Assembly: GCA_951406725.2 (NCBI GenBank)
Contig: OX597821.1
Location: 22,258,001 to 22,322,000 of the forward strand
Length of the DNA: 64,000 nt
Reading direction: 5' to 3'
From: Octopus vulgaris
Taxonomy: Eukaryota
The translations under genes were made by a program, and so were the position numbers. Shown here piece by piece: positions 52,871 through 64,000 of this stretch (position 1 is its first letter; each line of letters opens with the position of its first letter). The notes below the pieces were generated by a model that searched no databases, was not told the origin of the DNA, and saw only the letters and a list, made by a program, of their open reading frames with translations.

Positions 52871-53049
52871 GCAGAAACTCATGTGGTGCAAACTCTCAGT
52901 TTTAGTACCAATAGAAAAAACCATCGTCTACAATATATATTGAGTACTCCTATTCAATTTGTCTGACATAAACCAATGTACGAATTATATATAATCCTAG
53001 GTGTATACTAATGTGTGTGCGCGTACACGCACACACACACACACACACA

Positions 53050-53215
53050 CGAAGGAGGGGTGCTGAAAACTTCCTAGCTTTAAGGGTATCACGAGAGGTC
53101 TGGATGGAGGCCCAACCTTCCGTGTTCTGTTACAGAGCTTAGAAAAACTGAAGGGCCGCTGCAATATGTGTATGAATCTGAGAGAGGAATAAGTTGAATA
53201 AAATCATAATTAATT
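53050..53215 (+). mobile_element. Mariner-derived non-autonomous element fragment
   Basis: TIR-like GAGGGGTGCTGAAAACTTCC joined to a transposase end, SLEKLKGRCNMCMNLREE*VE*. Confidence 0.65.
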
Positions 53216-53236
53216 GATCTTCTATTTTCTTTATAC

Positions 53237-53307
<71 letters not shown>

Positions 53308-53519
53308 AACTATCTCGAGCATTTTATTGTTCTTATGTGTTTGAGTTTTTTGGTTTTTCTGTTGAAAATGAAACTCGTGTCGTGAGACATTCTCATTTTA
53401 GATTTAAAAAAAAACATCGTATCTTCCTCTACATGTATTGAGAACTCCTCTCCCATTCGTCCGACATAGCTCCATGCTCGTATATATATATGTGTATGTG
53501 CGTATGTGTGGTAATATAT

Positions 53520-53582
53520 ACCATTAACACGTCACAGTTTTCAACTTATTCATTTTACTTTTTCTTTCTTTTTCAGGTAAGT
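53520..53582 (+). promoter_or_regulatory. Candidate recursive splice site (3' splice site immediately followed by a 5' splice site)
   Basis: CATTAAC branch-point-like motif, then TTTTACTTTTTCTTTCTTTTTCAG|GTAAGT. Confidence 0.6.
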
Positions 53583-54074
53583 ACTTTTCTACATGAACGA
53601 TATTGATTTTCAAAGTTCGGATCTTGGTCTGTACAATACTGTTTCTTTTTTTTCTTTTCTGCTTTCAACTTTCTTTTATACATATTTCCGCTTGTAAATT
53701 CTTTAACTTGTTTATATATCTGTACATGAAACAGTCTGTGTATATTCGCGGAGTTTGTGTGTGTGCGTGAAACCGTTGATATGTTTTATATTTATTTGAT
53801 TTATAAAAATCTCCTCTATTGGAATATGGATAATTTTTTTTTAAGTTATATGCAGAATATTAGAAAATTCTTGAATATTTTCACCGTTCCACTTACAGTT
53901 TTTATTTTCAGAATATTTAGATCTTTTAAGAGATTGTTTATATATATCATTGCCAGAAAATCTCGACAATTCGTGTAAATGTAAACTGACTCAAAGTATA
54001 CTTGAAATATTTGCTTCCGGTAAACATCTTTTAACATTAGGTTATTGCTGAAATTGATGGATCAATCATACAAG

Positions 54075-54290
54075 TGGCGATTAGAATGTCACAGGAAAGA
54101 ATTGCAAGACGGATTCTTCGAGCCGAGGAAACTGGCAGGAGACCTAGGAGTAGACCAAGAACGAGACGGTTGAATAATATCCATAGTCTCAGGTGATCAT
54201 GTTTGGAAATCCAACCGGAGGCGTCTGAGGACACTACACCAATAACCCTCCCAGGAATAGCAGGTGGAGAAGATGGTTAGATGGATGTAT
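54075..54290 (+). mobile_element. RTE-clade LINE 3' end
   Basis: RMSQERIARRILRAEETGRRPRSRPRTRRLNNI followed by a GATGGATG tail. Confidence 0.75.
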
Positions 54291-54302
54291 TAAAAATATA
54301 AT

Positions 54303-54445
54303 CAGTCGTGGCCAAAAGTTTGGAACATAAGTGTGAAAATTAGAATTTTTATATTAAATGCCCAAAGCTATATTTGAATCGAATTGTACTTGGGCACAAA
54401 AAATGTTATTTTTTTAAATATGTTCCAAACTTTTGGTCATGACTA
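54303..54445. mobile_element. Tc1-type MITE with 27-bp TIRs
   Basis: CAGTCGTGGCCAAAAGTTTGGAACATA / TATGTTCCAAACTTTTGGTCATGACTA. Confidence 0.88.
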
Positions 54446-54639
54446 TATATTTACAGATATGAAATAAAAAATAATAATAGACAATACAATATAGTTACAC
54501 ACAAATATAATATTTATGCCTACCTGTGCATTCTCAGGACATACATACGCAGAGGCTAACGTGTGTATGTATATAAGATTGATCTAAGGTGCAGGGAACC
54601 CATACATTTAAGTATGGTACTCCATTCAATGATGTTACT

Positions 54640-55200
54640 CCATTCAATTTATTTGTGAAGATTGGATCTATCTATACTCCGATGTGCAAACTGGTCAGCT
54701 TAATATCGCATTAGAAGGATGTATGGATATAATATTCACACTGAGCTTATCAACTGAACCGTTGTTTTTATCTAGTGGATACATGTTTCTTTTCTGTACA
54801 GTTATTCCTATGCTTGCAGAATCTTTCACCTATACTCTGAGCTGTTTCTCCCATATATGTTTCAGGGAGATTTCTAATTGGTCCTTCTTGGCATCATATA
54901 TGATATATTGTGGGTCCAACTTTGCTTTGATCTCAAAATTATCTGTCTTTAACAGATGAGAACATACAAAGGACTGATTCTAATGGATCTACTTAGCTTC
55001 TTCGTTTTTCTTTTTCGACATTGATATCTCGGTAGATTAGTTATTTCATTATTGAATATGACATGTATAAACATTACACTATCAAACTTATTGCTGTGGT
55101 ACCACTTACTGTCCTTAGCTATTTTATTCTGCTCTCTGCCATTCTATCCCAACTAATTTATTCCATACAGCCTCCGCATACCTCTGTCTACCTGTCTTTC
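54640..55200 (-). mobile_element. Penelope-like element relic (GIY-YIG endonuclease region)
   Basis: ETYMGETAQSIGERFCKHRNN (YIGET.R.L..R..EH type motif); upstream WYHSNKFDSVMFI. Confidence 0.65.
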
Positions 55201-55534
55201 TTCCTGTCATCTTTACGCACTTCCAACATGTTATAAATTTCGCGTGAATTTCTTACAAGATACTATTCCAATAATAACAGGGGGAAATAAACAATTAAAA
55301 ATATGAATTCCCCAAAATATCTGTAAAATCTCAACTTCGCCATGCAAGATTCATCTTAAGGCACCGCCGCACCATTTTATTTTTCTCATCAAAGAAATAG
55401 ACAAACAATAACAGACAGGTTATATCTTGTTATAAGAAAATAAAACCTGCTAATGAAAAAGAAAAACCAGTAATCCATTGACGAATAATAATAGAGATGT
55501 GACATAAAACAGGCAGAACAGATTATCTTGGGTT

Positions 55535-55601
<67 letters not shown>

Positions 55602-55970
55602 CAACAACAATTATAATTATAAATTCATGCATAAAACAAAGCAAGACACCATAATCCATTGGATTAATTATTAAACCTTTTGTTTATTTTCGTGTGTTTG
55701 TGTTTCTGTATTGTTATATTCCATCAGTCGGTTTTGTTGTCCGGATTATCTTTTTATTATTTCCCTTTGTTATCATTAATTCTTACACTGAATGGAGTTT
55801 TTCACATTCATTGGATTTTAGCTTAATGTTTTGTTGCTTTGTTTTTTTTTTTAATATGGGTTTGTTTTTGTCGTGTTTTTTTTTTCTTCACAAGGGCGTA
55901 ATGGCATATTGCAGAAATCTATCGTGTTTCTAACACTATACTAGTAATATAGACAGACAGACAGACAGAC

Positions 55971-56054
<84 letters not shown>

Positions 56055-56354
56055 GCATATGTGTGGGTGTATCAATAGGCGTGCATGCACGCAAGACGGT
56101 TTATGATAGGTGTACCAAATAACCGATGAGATTGTAACAAGCTAAGTATTGTCTACTCGCAACAATTGTATAGGGGGCGAGGGTACGTCTGCGTGTGTTG
56201 TGTACTTTCAGCGCCAAATCGTCCGTCACCAAAATAGCCATCAGCAAAATAGCCGTTGCCCCATTTCGCTCCAGTTTCATTACGTCTTCACATAATTCTA
56301 AGGTGAGGTGGGGATTCTCAGCACACATGTACGCAGGGCTCGACATGATTTGCT

Positions 56355-56710
56355 CATGGATTTGGTAGGCGGAAACCGAAAGAAGCTCGTGCCTACATGC
56401 GTGTATGTGAGTGAGTCTTCACGTGTGTTCACCAGTTCGTAAAAAAAAAAAAAAGAAAAAAAAGAGACGTTACGCAGACGGTGCCGAACAGGGTCGTTTG
56501 CCTGCAGCCTACTGCAAAAGCATCTTTGGGCCGTGTCTTGTTCGATAGGTTAAGAGATTATTAATTGGCTTGTAAACAATTGAGGAATTGTGTCAGGAAG
56601 AGCATCCGACTGTGGAAGATTCTACGTTAACGTACTCTTCTCTGACCCATGCATGCATGGAAATATAAGCATTAATACGACCACGACAATGATGTTGATG
56701 ATGATGATGA
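56355..56710 (+). mobile_element. Old SINE with an A-type body and an alternative (GAT)n-ending tail
   Basis: TGGATTTGGTAGGCGGAAACCGAAAGAAGC..CAGGAAGAGCATCCG..GACCCATGCATGCATGGAAA. Confidence 0.55.
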
Positions 56711-56898
56711 TACCCCAGATTTCAGAATTGTAGGCGATCGCTTTGTTTTCCTAATGTGTAACGCTGATCCTGAGTAGGTCTACGTATGTAATGAAATAAG
56801 TGAATGTAAAAGAGCCAGACATTCCATACTTTCAAATGTCTCAGACTTAGTTGAACACCAATTCTGCATGTCCCGACATGCAATGGTTTATCTATGGT

Positions 56899-57131
56899 AG
56901 TGGTTCTCAAGCGAGGTTCATATGATTCTTGGGAGTTCATATAAGACTTTTCGGAGTCTGCGGCAGTATTTTAGAGGTTAATGAAAAACTTTTATTTTGT
57001 ATTTATAACGAAAAAAAGAAAAGAAAGAAAGAAAGAAAGAAACAGGTTCACACAGTTCAATATGTTTTCAGTCAGTGAAACATATTCTCTCAGAAAGTAT
57101 GTCCGGTAAGTTCACCGTTATCAATTCACCG

Positions 57132-57165
<34 letters not shown>

Positions 57166-57785
57166 TTTGGTCATTTTTTTTCTCAATAAAATAGCTTTTA
57201 ACTATTAATAGTGAAATACTATGGATTATATTTTCTCGGTAAACTTTCCTCCCAGTAAGCTTTTCTCACGAGGAGTGAACTTTCACTGCGGCGAATTAAT
57301 GGCGTTGAACTTACCTGTAATCCTCGGAGAGTGCTATTGCAAACCCACGCAAGTGAATAGGTGATAAATAAAATAACAATTTTGAAAGAACTATCTATAA
57401 AACTTGTTTTTAAGCATCAAAAGATCAATGGTTCTCAACCGGAGTCCAAATGGCATCTGAGGGTTCATATAAGATTTTGGGGGTGGAGATGAGGATTCAT
57501 GCAACAAAATGGTAAATTGGGGATCCACAATAGTATTTTAAGGGCCCCTGAAAAAATGCTGCTTTAGATGTATGTATTGGAACGTTATTTCAAGAAATAG
57601 CTGGGTTTCTTTCTTGAACGTTTTACATTGTTCAACCTAAACAAGTTAATGTGTGAAGAACAAATATGAATTTTGAAAGAAATATCTATAAAATTCGTTT
57701 TTAAACATTGAATGGGTATAAGGGCCGAATAAAATAAAATTGTAATCAAAGGGTCCATAGATAAAAGATGGTCGAGAAACCCCGA
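56899..57785. mobile_element. Two tandem hAT-type MITE copies (CAGTGGTTCTCAA-type ends); the first is split by a TIR element at 57105-57315
   Basis: TAGTGGTTCTCAAGC (56899), CAATGGTTCTCAACC (57426), GGTCGAGAAACCCC end; shared AATTTTGAAAGAA.TATCTATAAAA; nested TIRs GGTAAGTTCACCG / CGTTGAACTTACC. Confidence 0.65.
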
Positions 57786-57937
57786 TATAGATAGTCGGAT
57801 CCACACATATTTAGCTCCAGACCAGCATTGATCCAACAGATATAGGATCAAAGGCGTTCAGGAGAGAGAGAGGTCTGATTGGTAACCAGAGTTTCAGTAT
57901 TTTTCTAGCTATATATGTAGTTATATATTTGTTTGTG

Positions 57938-58222
57938 TGGAGGTGCAATGGCCCAGTGGTTAAGGTAGCGGACTCGCGGTCGTAGGATCGCGGTTTCGAT
58001 TCCCATACCGGGCGTTGTGAGTGTTTATTGAGTGAAAACACCTAAATGCTCCACGAGGCTCCGACAGGGGGTGGTGATCCCTGCTGTACTCTTTTTCTCA
58101 CTCTTTCTTCTGTTGGCCTGCTCGCTTAGCCAGCGGGGTGGCGTCATTCGAAGGCTAAAACAATGCGAACGCATTGTGACCAGCGATGTGTAACAACATC
58201 TGATGGTCTGGTCGGTCACGAA
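57938..58222 (+). mobile_element. SINE C, tail type 4
   Basis: Family C head/body, then GGCCTGCTCGCTTAGCCAGCGGGGTGGCG...TGTGACCAGCGATGTGTAACAACATCTGATGGTCTGGTCGGTCACG. ATATTTGTTTGT flanks both sides (TSD). Confidence 0.92.
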
Positions 58223-59489
58223 AAAGAAAAAGAAAAAAGAAATATTTGTTTGTATAATATGATGGTCTGACCGTTGCATCTGTGTATATGTTTATCACAA
58301 TCTTTACACATGGAAAAATGTCAAACATTTCTGTTACAGAATTGTGGACATGCGCAGACATCCACAGTTTCACTGCATTTTCTTTCTCTATCCCACTCTT
58401 TATTTCTTCATCTGTCCTATCAATCCATTTACCTATTTGTTTGTCTATCTACATATCTATCTATTTATCTTTCTATATTATCTATCTGTCTGTGCTGCCC
58501 ATCCATTTATCTACGATGTCTTTCTATCAATCAATTTATCTCTCTTTCTATCTATTTATCTATTTATTTATCCTGTCTATCTATCCTCTCCATTTATATC
58601 TAGCTAGCTACCTATGCTGTCCATCTATGTATCTTCCTCTTTGTCTGTTCCTCTTTCTATCTGTCTTTTTCTGTATTTAACCACTTACCAGATCGTTCTG
58701 ATTCTTTCCCCTTCCTTTAACCCTCTCTCTGCTCAGTTTCTCTCCCTTTTTCTCCCTTTTTATCTCCTCTCCTCTCACTCTTTCTCTCTTTCTTCTTCTC
58801 CTTCTTCTTCCTCTTTTCTTTCTTCTTCTTCTTCTTCTTCTTCTTCTTCTTCTTCTTCTTCTTCTTCTTCTTCTTCTTCTTCTTCTTCTTCTTCTTCTTC
58901 TTCCCATCTTCTTCTTCTTCCACCATTCGTATAATACAAGGTCAAAGCAACAAGATTTCACCAATTTCTACACAACTTACCATTTATCAGATCTCTACTA
59001 TTTCTTTATAATCCGATCTTCATGTTTTTTTGCCTCCAATCTTCTAGCATCTTTTTCCTTCATCTTTTTTTTTTTTTTTTTATAAAACATATTTCACATT
59101 TTTTATTACTTTTTCTTTCCTTTCTCATCTTTTTCCCCCTCATCTTCTCCTCTACAAATTCCCTCTTATTCCATATTCTTCTCACTATCTCTCTTAGTTT
59201 CTCTTAGTTTCATCTTTGTTTTTTGGTTTGTCTGCGGGTTTTTTGTTCTTTCTTTTTTTCTTCGTCTTTATTCATACTTATCTCCTTCTTTCATCGTCGT
59301 CATTTTCTTTCTTGTCTTCATCTTCTGTCTCCTTCTACCTTCTTTCTCTTGTTTCCCTTCTGTCAACATTATCATCGTCATCATCACCATCGTCATCAGC
59401 ACCACAATCATCATCATCTCTCCTATCGGGACAGTCGTCATCATCACCATCACCATCATCATTATCACCACCAACAACACCATTATCGA

Positions 59490-59542
<53 letters not shown>

Positions 59543-59651
59543 CCACCACCTTCATCTCATCTGTCGTCGTTTTCATTGTCTTTTTTTATTTTCTTAATCT
59601 CTCCTTTTTGTGCTGTCTTCTTCATCTCCCGCGCGCGTCATATTTTCCCAT

Positions 59652-59742
<91 letters not shown>

Positions 59743-59909
59743 CCTCTCTCTCTCCTCGTCTTCCACACAGACCGACAAACTCATACTTGAAATATAAGAA
59801 TTAAAAAAGAAAAATGACAAATTCTTCCCAAAATCACTCTTCAAACGGATTGCGTTTCAAATAACAGATATGAAAATCAATAACTTTGCTATAGATTTTC
59901 TCCTTCCCT

Positions 59910-59936
59910 TTATTATTATTGTTATTATTATTATTA

Positions 59937-59991
<55 letters not shown>

Positions 59992-60017
59992 CATCATCAT
60001 CATTGTTATTATTGTTA

Positions 60018-60054
<37 letters not shown>

Positions 60055-60071
60055 CATCATCATTATTGTTA

Positions 60072-60120
<49 letters not shown>

Positions 60121-60137
60121 CATCATTATTGTTATTA

Positions 60138-60192
<55 letters not shown>

Positions 60193-60203
60193 CATCATCA
60201 TTA

Positions 60204-60237
<34 letters not shown>

Positions 60238-60238
60238 C
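59910..60238. repeat. (TAT)n with higher-order CAT/TGT interruptions
   Basis: Direct reading. Confidence 0.96.
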
Positions 60239-60305
60239 GGTCGTGTTGCTGTTTTCAATCCATACTTTAACGCGCGAAATTCTCAGTTCGCAATCCATCA
60301 GTCTC

Positions 60306-60336
<31 letters not shown>

Positions 60337-60733
60337 ACACACACACACACAGTGGGCGCACATATATACACTACGCATGCATAGAGTCAGCTCTATTACA
60401 CATATACATGCATTCAAAAAAAAAATTGCAAGTCCTCCTCATTCTCTACTGCGCATGTGCATACACACATACACTTGCCCATGTCTCCTACCCGCCCCTC
60501 CTACAGACGACTTCACCTCACGTGCGTCATAACTACTCGAAATATAAAAAAAAACACAGACAATATAAAGAAAAGCACACAAGTATATAAACTAATATAC
60601 ACACACACACACACCGACACAGAAACGTACATCTTTTCACACTGCCACACATATGAAAACATAAACAGCCGTATATATAAACACACTTCATAGAAACTCA
60701 AAAATGTGATCACACATAAATGTGCGATTTGGC

Positions 60734-60841
<108 letters not shown>

Positions 60842-61000
60842 GTTTCTTTATTGGCCACACAGGGCTGCACACAGATGGAACAAGTTACAAGGTAGAGCTT
60901 TTCTTTTGGGGGATGAAGAGAACAAAAAACAAAAGAAAAAAAGGGGTGGCGTAGGTTTTCGATCAAGAGGGATCATAAAAGGGAAGAAAAGAACAAAAAC
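60842..61000 (-). mobile_element. Tx1-type LINE 3' end abutting (ATCT)n
   Basis: Paralogue of 47213-47370. Confidence 0.7.
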
Positions 61001-61037
61001 AAAAAAAAATTGAATAAAATAAAAAGAAAAAAAAAGG

Positions 61038-61093
<56 letters not shown>

Positions 61094-61147
61094 TGGATGG
61101 ATGGATGGATGGATGGATGGATGGATGGATGGATGGATGGATGGATG

Positions 61148-61207
<60 letters not shown>

Positions 61208-61410
61208 TTCTATATATCTTATTTAACTCGGATATCCTGTAGAAAGACGGAAGACTACGATATTGGTCTCGAGGAAGCATTTCGTATTGGTGCATAATGT
61301 TAAAAAAAGAAACAGAAATCTAGGACGAACAGACGAAAAACGTCTAAATACGGCAGTGGATTTGCTAAATCTTGATTTCTTCTTCTTCTTCTTCTTTGAG
61401 CGTCTTGATA

Positions 61411-61457
<47 letters not shown>

Positions 61458-61519
61458 AGTCTGTGCACAGCTCTCGCTGCTTGTAGGACGGATACATTTA
61501 ACGGTCGACCCCCCACCCT

Positions 61520-61760
61520 AAAGATAACCTCACTGCTCTCCTTTAACGGGCAAGACAAACTGTTCCTTTGTCTGATGGCAATTTTGAAAGCTCTTCTGTA
61601 ATTCTCTAGGCTGAAGGTCCTTCATTCGTATACTAGATATATTTTTTAACATCTTCTCTTTTCGTTGACTTTGTCAGGTTCTACCGGGAAAGGAAGTTGG
61701 GAGTAGAGAGCAAGTTCTCCCCTCCAATGAATGGTAAACATAATTTGAGTGGATGTAACA
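61520..61760 (+). mobile_element. Degenerate Tx1/L1 ORF2 C-terminal relic
   Basis: KITSLLSFNGQDKLFLCLMAILK..VDFVRFYRERKLGVE resembles 14694-14840 and 28830-29170. Confidence 0.45.
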
Positions 61761-62020
61761 ACTTTAAGCATGCGCCTGTAGTTTCAAGAACAACAACTGA
61801 GGGAGGACACTTGCCTATGATGGTCTTATTGATCTTGAATCTGAAGAATTCACTGACTGGCCCTAGTTGAAGGTCCTTCATCGTATATATATATATATAT
61901 ATATATATACATTTATGAACATACTGTATAGATTTGAAACAGACCTGATCGACAAATCTTTATGTATCTAAACTCCTCCTCCCAAACACATGTACGCTCT
62001 ATAAGTAAGCTGTCCATTTA

Positions 62021-62172
62021 GGCGCAGGCGTGGCTGTGTGGTAAGAAGGCTTCTTCCCAATCACTTGGTTCCGGACTGAGTCCCACTTCGTGGAAAATTG
62101 GGCAAGAGTCTTCTACTATGGCCTCGGCCTAACCAATGTCTTGTGAGTGAATTTGGTAGACGGAAACTGAAT
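62021..62172 (+). mobile_element. SINE A 5' half, truncated at a rearrangement junction
   Basis: Family similarity up to GACGGAAACTGAA. Confidence 0.88.
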
Positions 62173-62792
62173 TTTTAGCAAGTCAATAAACTGCCTAGAA
62201 AAATTCCATAGTAAACTTACGAAACAGTGGTTGTAGTAGATTTGAAACAGACCTGATCGACAAATCTCTCGGTACCTTCTCGTTGTATAATCTCGGCTCA
62301 GTGCTGGCGTGGCAGAAGGTTGGCTCAGCACTGGTTAGGCAAAGGTTGGCTCAACGCTGGTCAGGCAAAAGGTTGGATCAGCCGTGATCGACAGCTCTGT
62401 TGACACCTCATTGTATAACCTCTGATCAACACTGACATACCAGTCCCAACATATTGGTTTTCTTTTGCTCATATACTACATAAGACTATTTTCTTCACTT
62501 TAAACATCCTTTTTTAAAGAGGCCGTTATTTGATATACTTGACACGACTGTTATTTTTAGCAAGTCAATAAACTGCCTAGAAAAATTCCATAGTAAACTT
62601 ACGAAACAGTGGTTGTAGTAGATTTGATAGAGAACGCACTTCAATCAATATTTCTTTTAATTTGTTCGTTATATGAAATATTTTACTTTCGAGTAGTAGT
62701 ATGTATGTATGTAGTATATGTATGTGTGTGTAGTATGTATATATAATTTAAACATCTATGTTTACAGGTTTATATGCATTTCATATATTTGC

Positions 62793-62829
<37 letters not shown>

Positions 62830-63232
62830 CAGTAGCAGCAGCAGCAGCAGTAACGGTCTAGAGTAGTAGTAGTAGTAGTAATATGTGTTGACAACTTGTA
62901 AATTGCTCCGAGTGATGACAAATGCTTGCTAACCAATCAGTGTAATATAGACAAGACTACTTGGGAGATGTATGGGTGTGTGTGTGTGTGTGTGTTTGTA
63001 TGTGTGGGTGGGAATATGTATGTTGTGTGTGTGTGTGTATGTTTGTGAGTACGGGTATTATACGCATGCTGCGTTAACGCGTGATGTATGCATATGTGTG
63101 TGTATATTTTTATATAGCTGTGAGGTGGATGTACATATATATATATATATATACATATATACATATATATATCATACATATATCATATACACATGAATTT
63201 ATATATATATATATATATACATACTTGTGTAC

Positions 63233-63265
<33 letters not shown>

Positions 63266-63281
63266 CATACATACATGTGTA

Positions 63282-63342
<61 letters not shown>

Positions 63343-63478
63343 TATATGTATGTGTGTGTGTGCATGTATATATAATTTAAACATCTATGTTTACAGGTTT
63401 ATATGTTTCATATATTTGCGTGGGTATGTATGTATATGCATAAGATGCATGGATATGCATAAAAGTGTGTATACATTC

Positions 63479-63533
<55 letters not shown>

Positions 63534-63842
63534 TGTGTGTGTGTGTGTGTGTGTGTGTTGTATTTCTTTTCTTCATTGATGTGCTCTTCTTAACCTAACA
63601 ACACTTAACATCTAACTCGAATCCTGCCATATTATCTAAAACCAGCGGCATTTCAATCTTGATTTGACATTTACGCTGCAAGCTTCTAGACAAGACAACA
63701 CGAAAAGATGTAGCACTGAAGGCATTAGGCAGCTGTCCTACTTTGATAGGTGGTTTATAAGAAGGCCCTCTTAACGCTGGACCATACATCCGTAAACATG
63801 TGTGTGTGTGTGTGTGTGTGTGAGAGTTAATATAGCAATATG

Positions 63843-63903
<61 letters not shown>

Positions 63904-64000
63904 TATACAGACGTATATATATATATACAGACATATATATATATACAGACGTATATATATATATAATATATATATACAGACGTATATATATATATAATAT

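Noticed and set aside
62295-62385. CRISPR-like repeat array
   Set aside because: Contiguous minisatellite without unique spacers; eukaryotic context with no cas genes.
63610-63795. Possible RTE C-terminal relic
   Set aside because: Resemblance too weak to call by eye.

Overview
AT-rich eukaryotic DNA, saturated with microsatellites and lacking any intact protein-coding gene. The SINE families, the C2H2 zinc-finger relic and the simple-repeat load point to a coleoid cephalopod, most likely Octopus (inferred from recognition, not a database search). Nearly all ORFs in the supplied track are simple-repeat artefacts. Supportable content: (i) a degenerate C2H2 zinc-finger array; (ii) at least four tRNA-derived SINE families (called A, B, C, E here) in many copies; (iii) relics of R4/Dong-type, CR1/L2-group, Tx1/L1 and RTE LINEs, Penelope-like elements, mariner, a Chapaev/CMC-like transposase, Helentron-like elements and several MITEs. 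Most interesting signals: (1) at least six type-I hammerhead-ribozyme folds in short TA-flanked Penelope-type repeats, including a G3:C8 compensatory core variant and one enclosed by long inverted repeats; (2) a SINE with a Tx1-LINE-type tail that twice sits at the same nucleotide inside another copy of its own family; (3) one SINE head/body joined to four different 3' modules; (4) a textbook recursive-splice (ratchet) site, polypyrimidine-CAG|GTAAGT, at 53576/53577; (5) several near-perfect 190-240 bp hairpins and local templated duplications. Coordinates of degenerate repeats are approximate.
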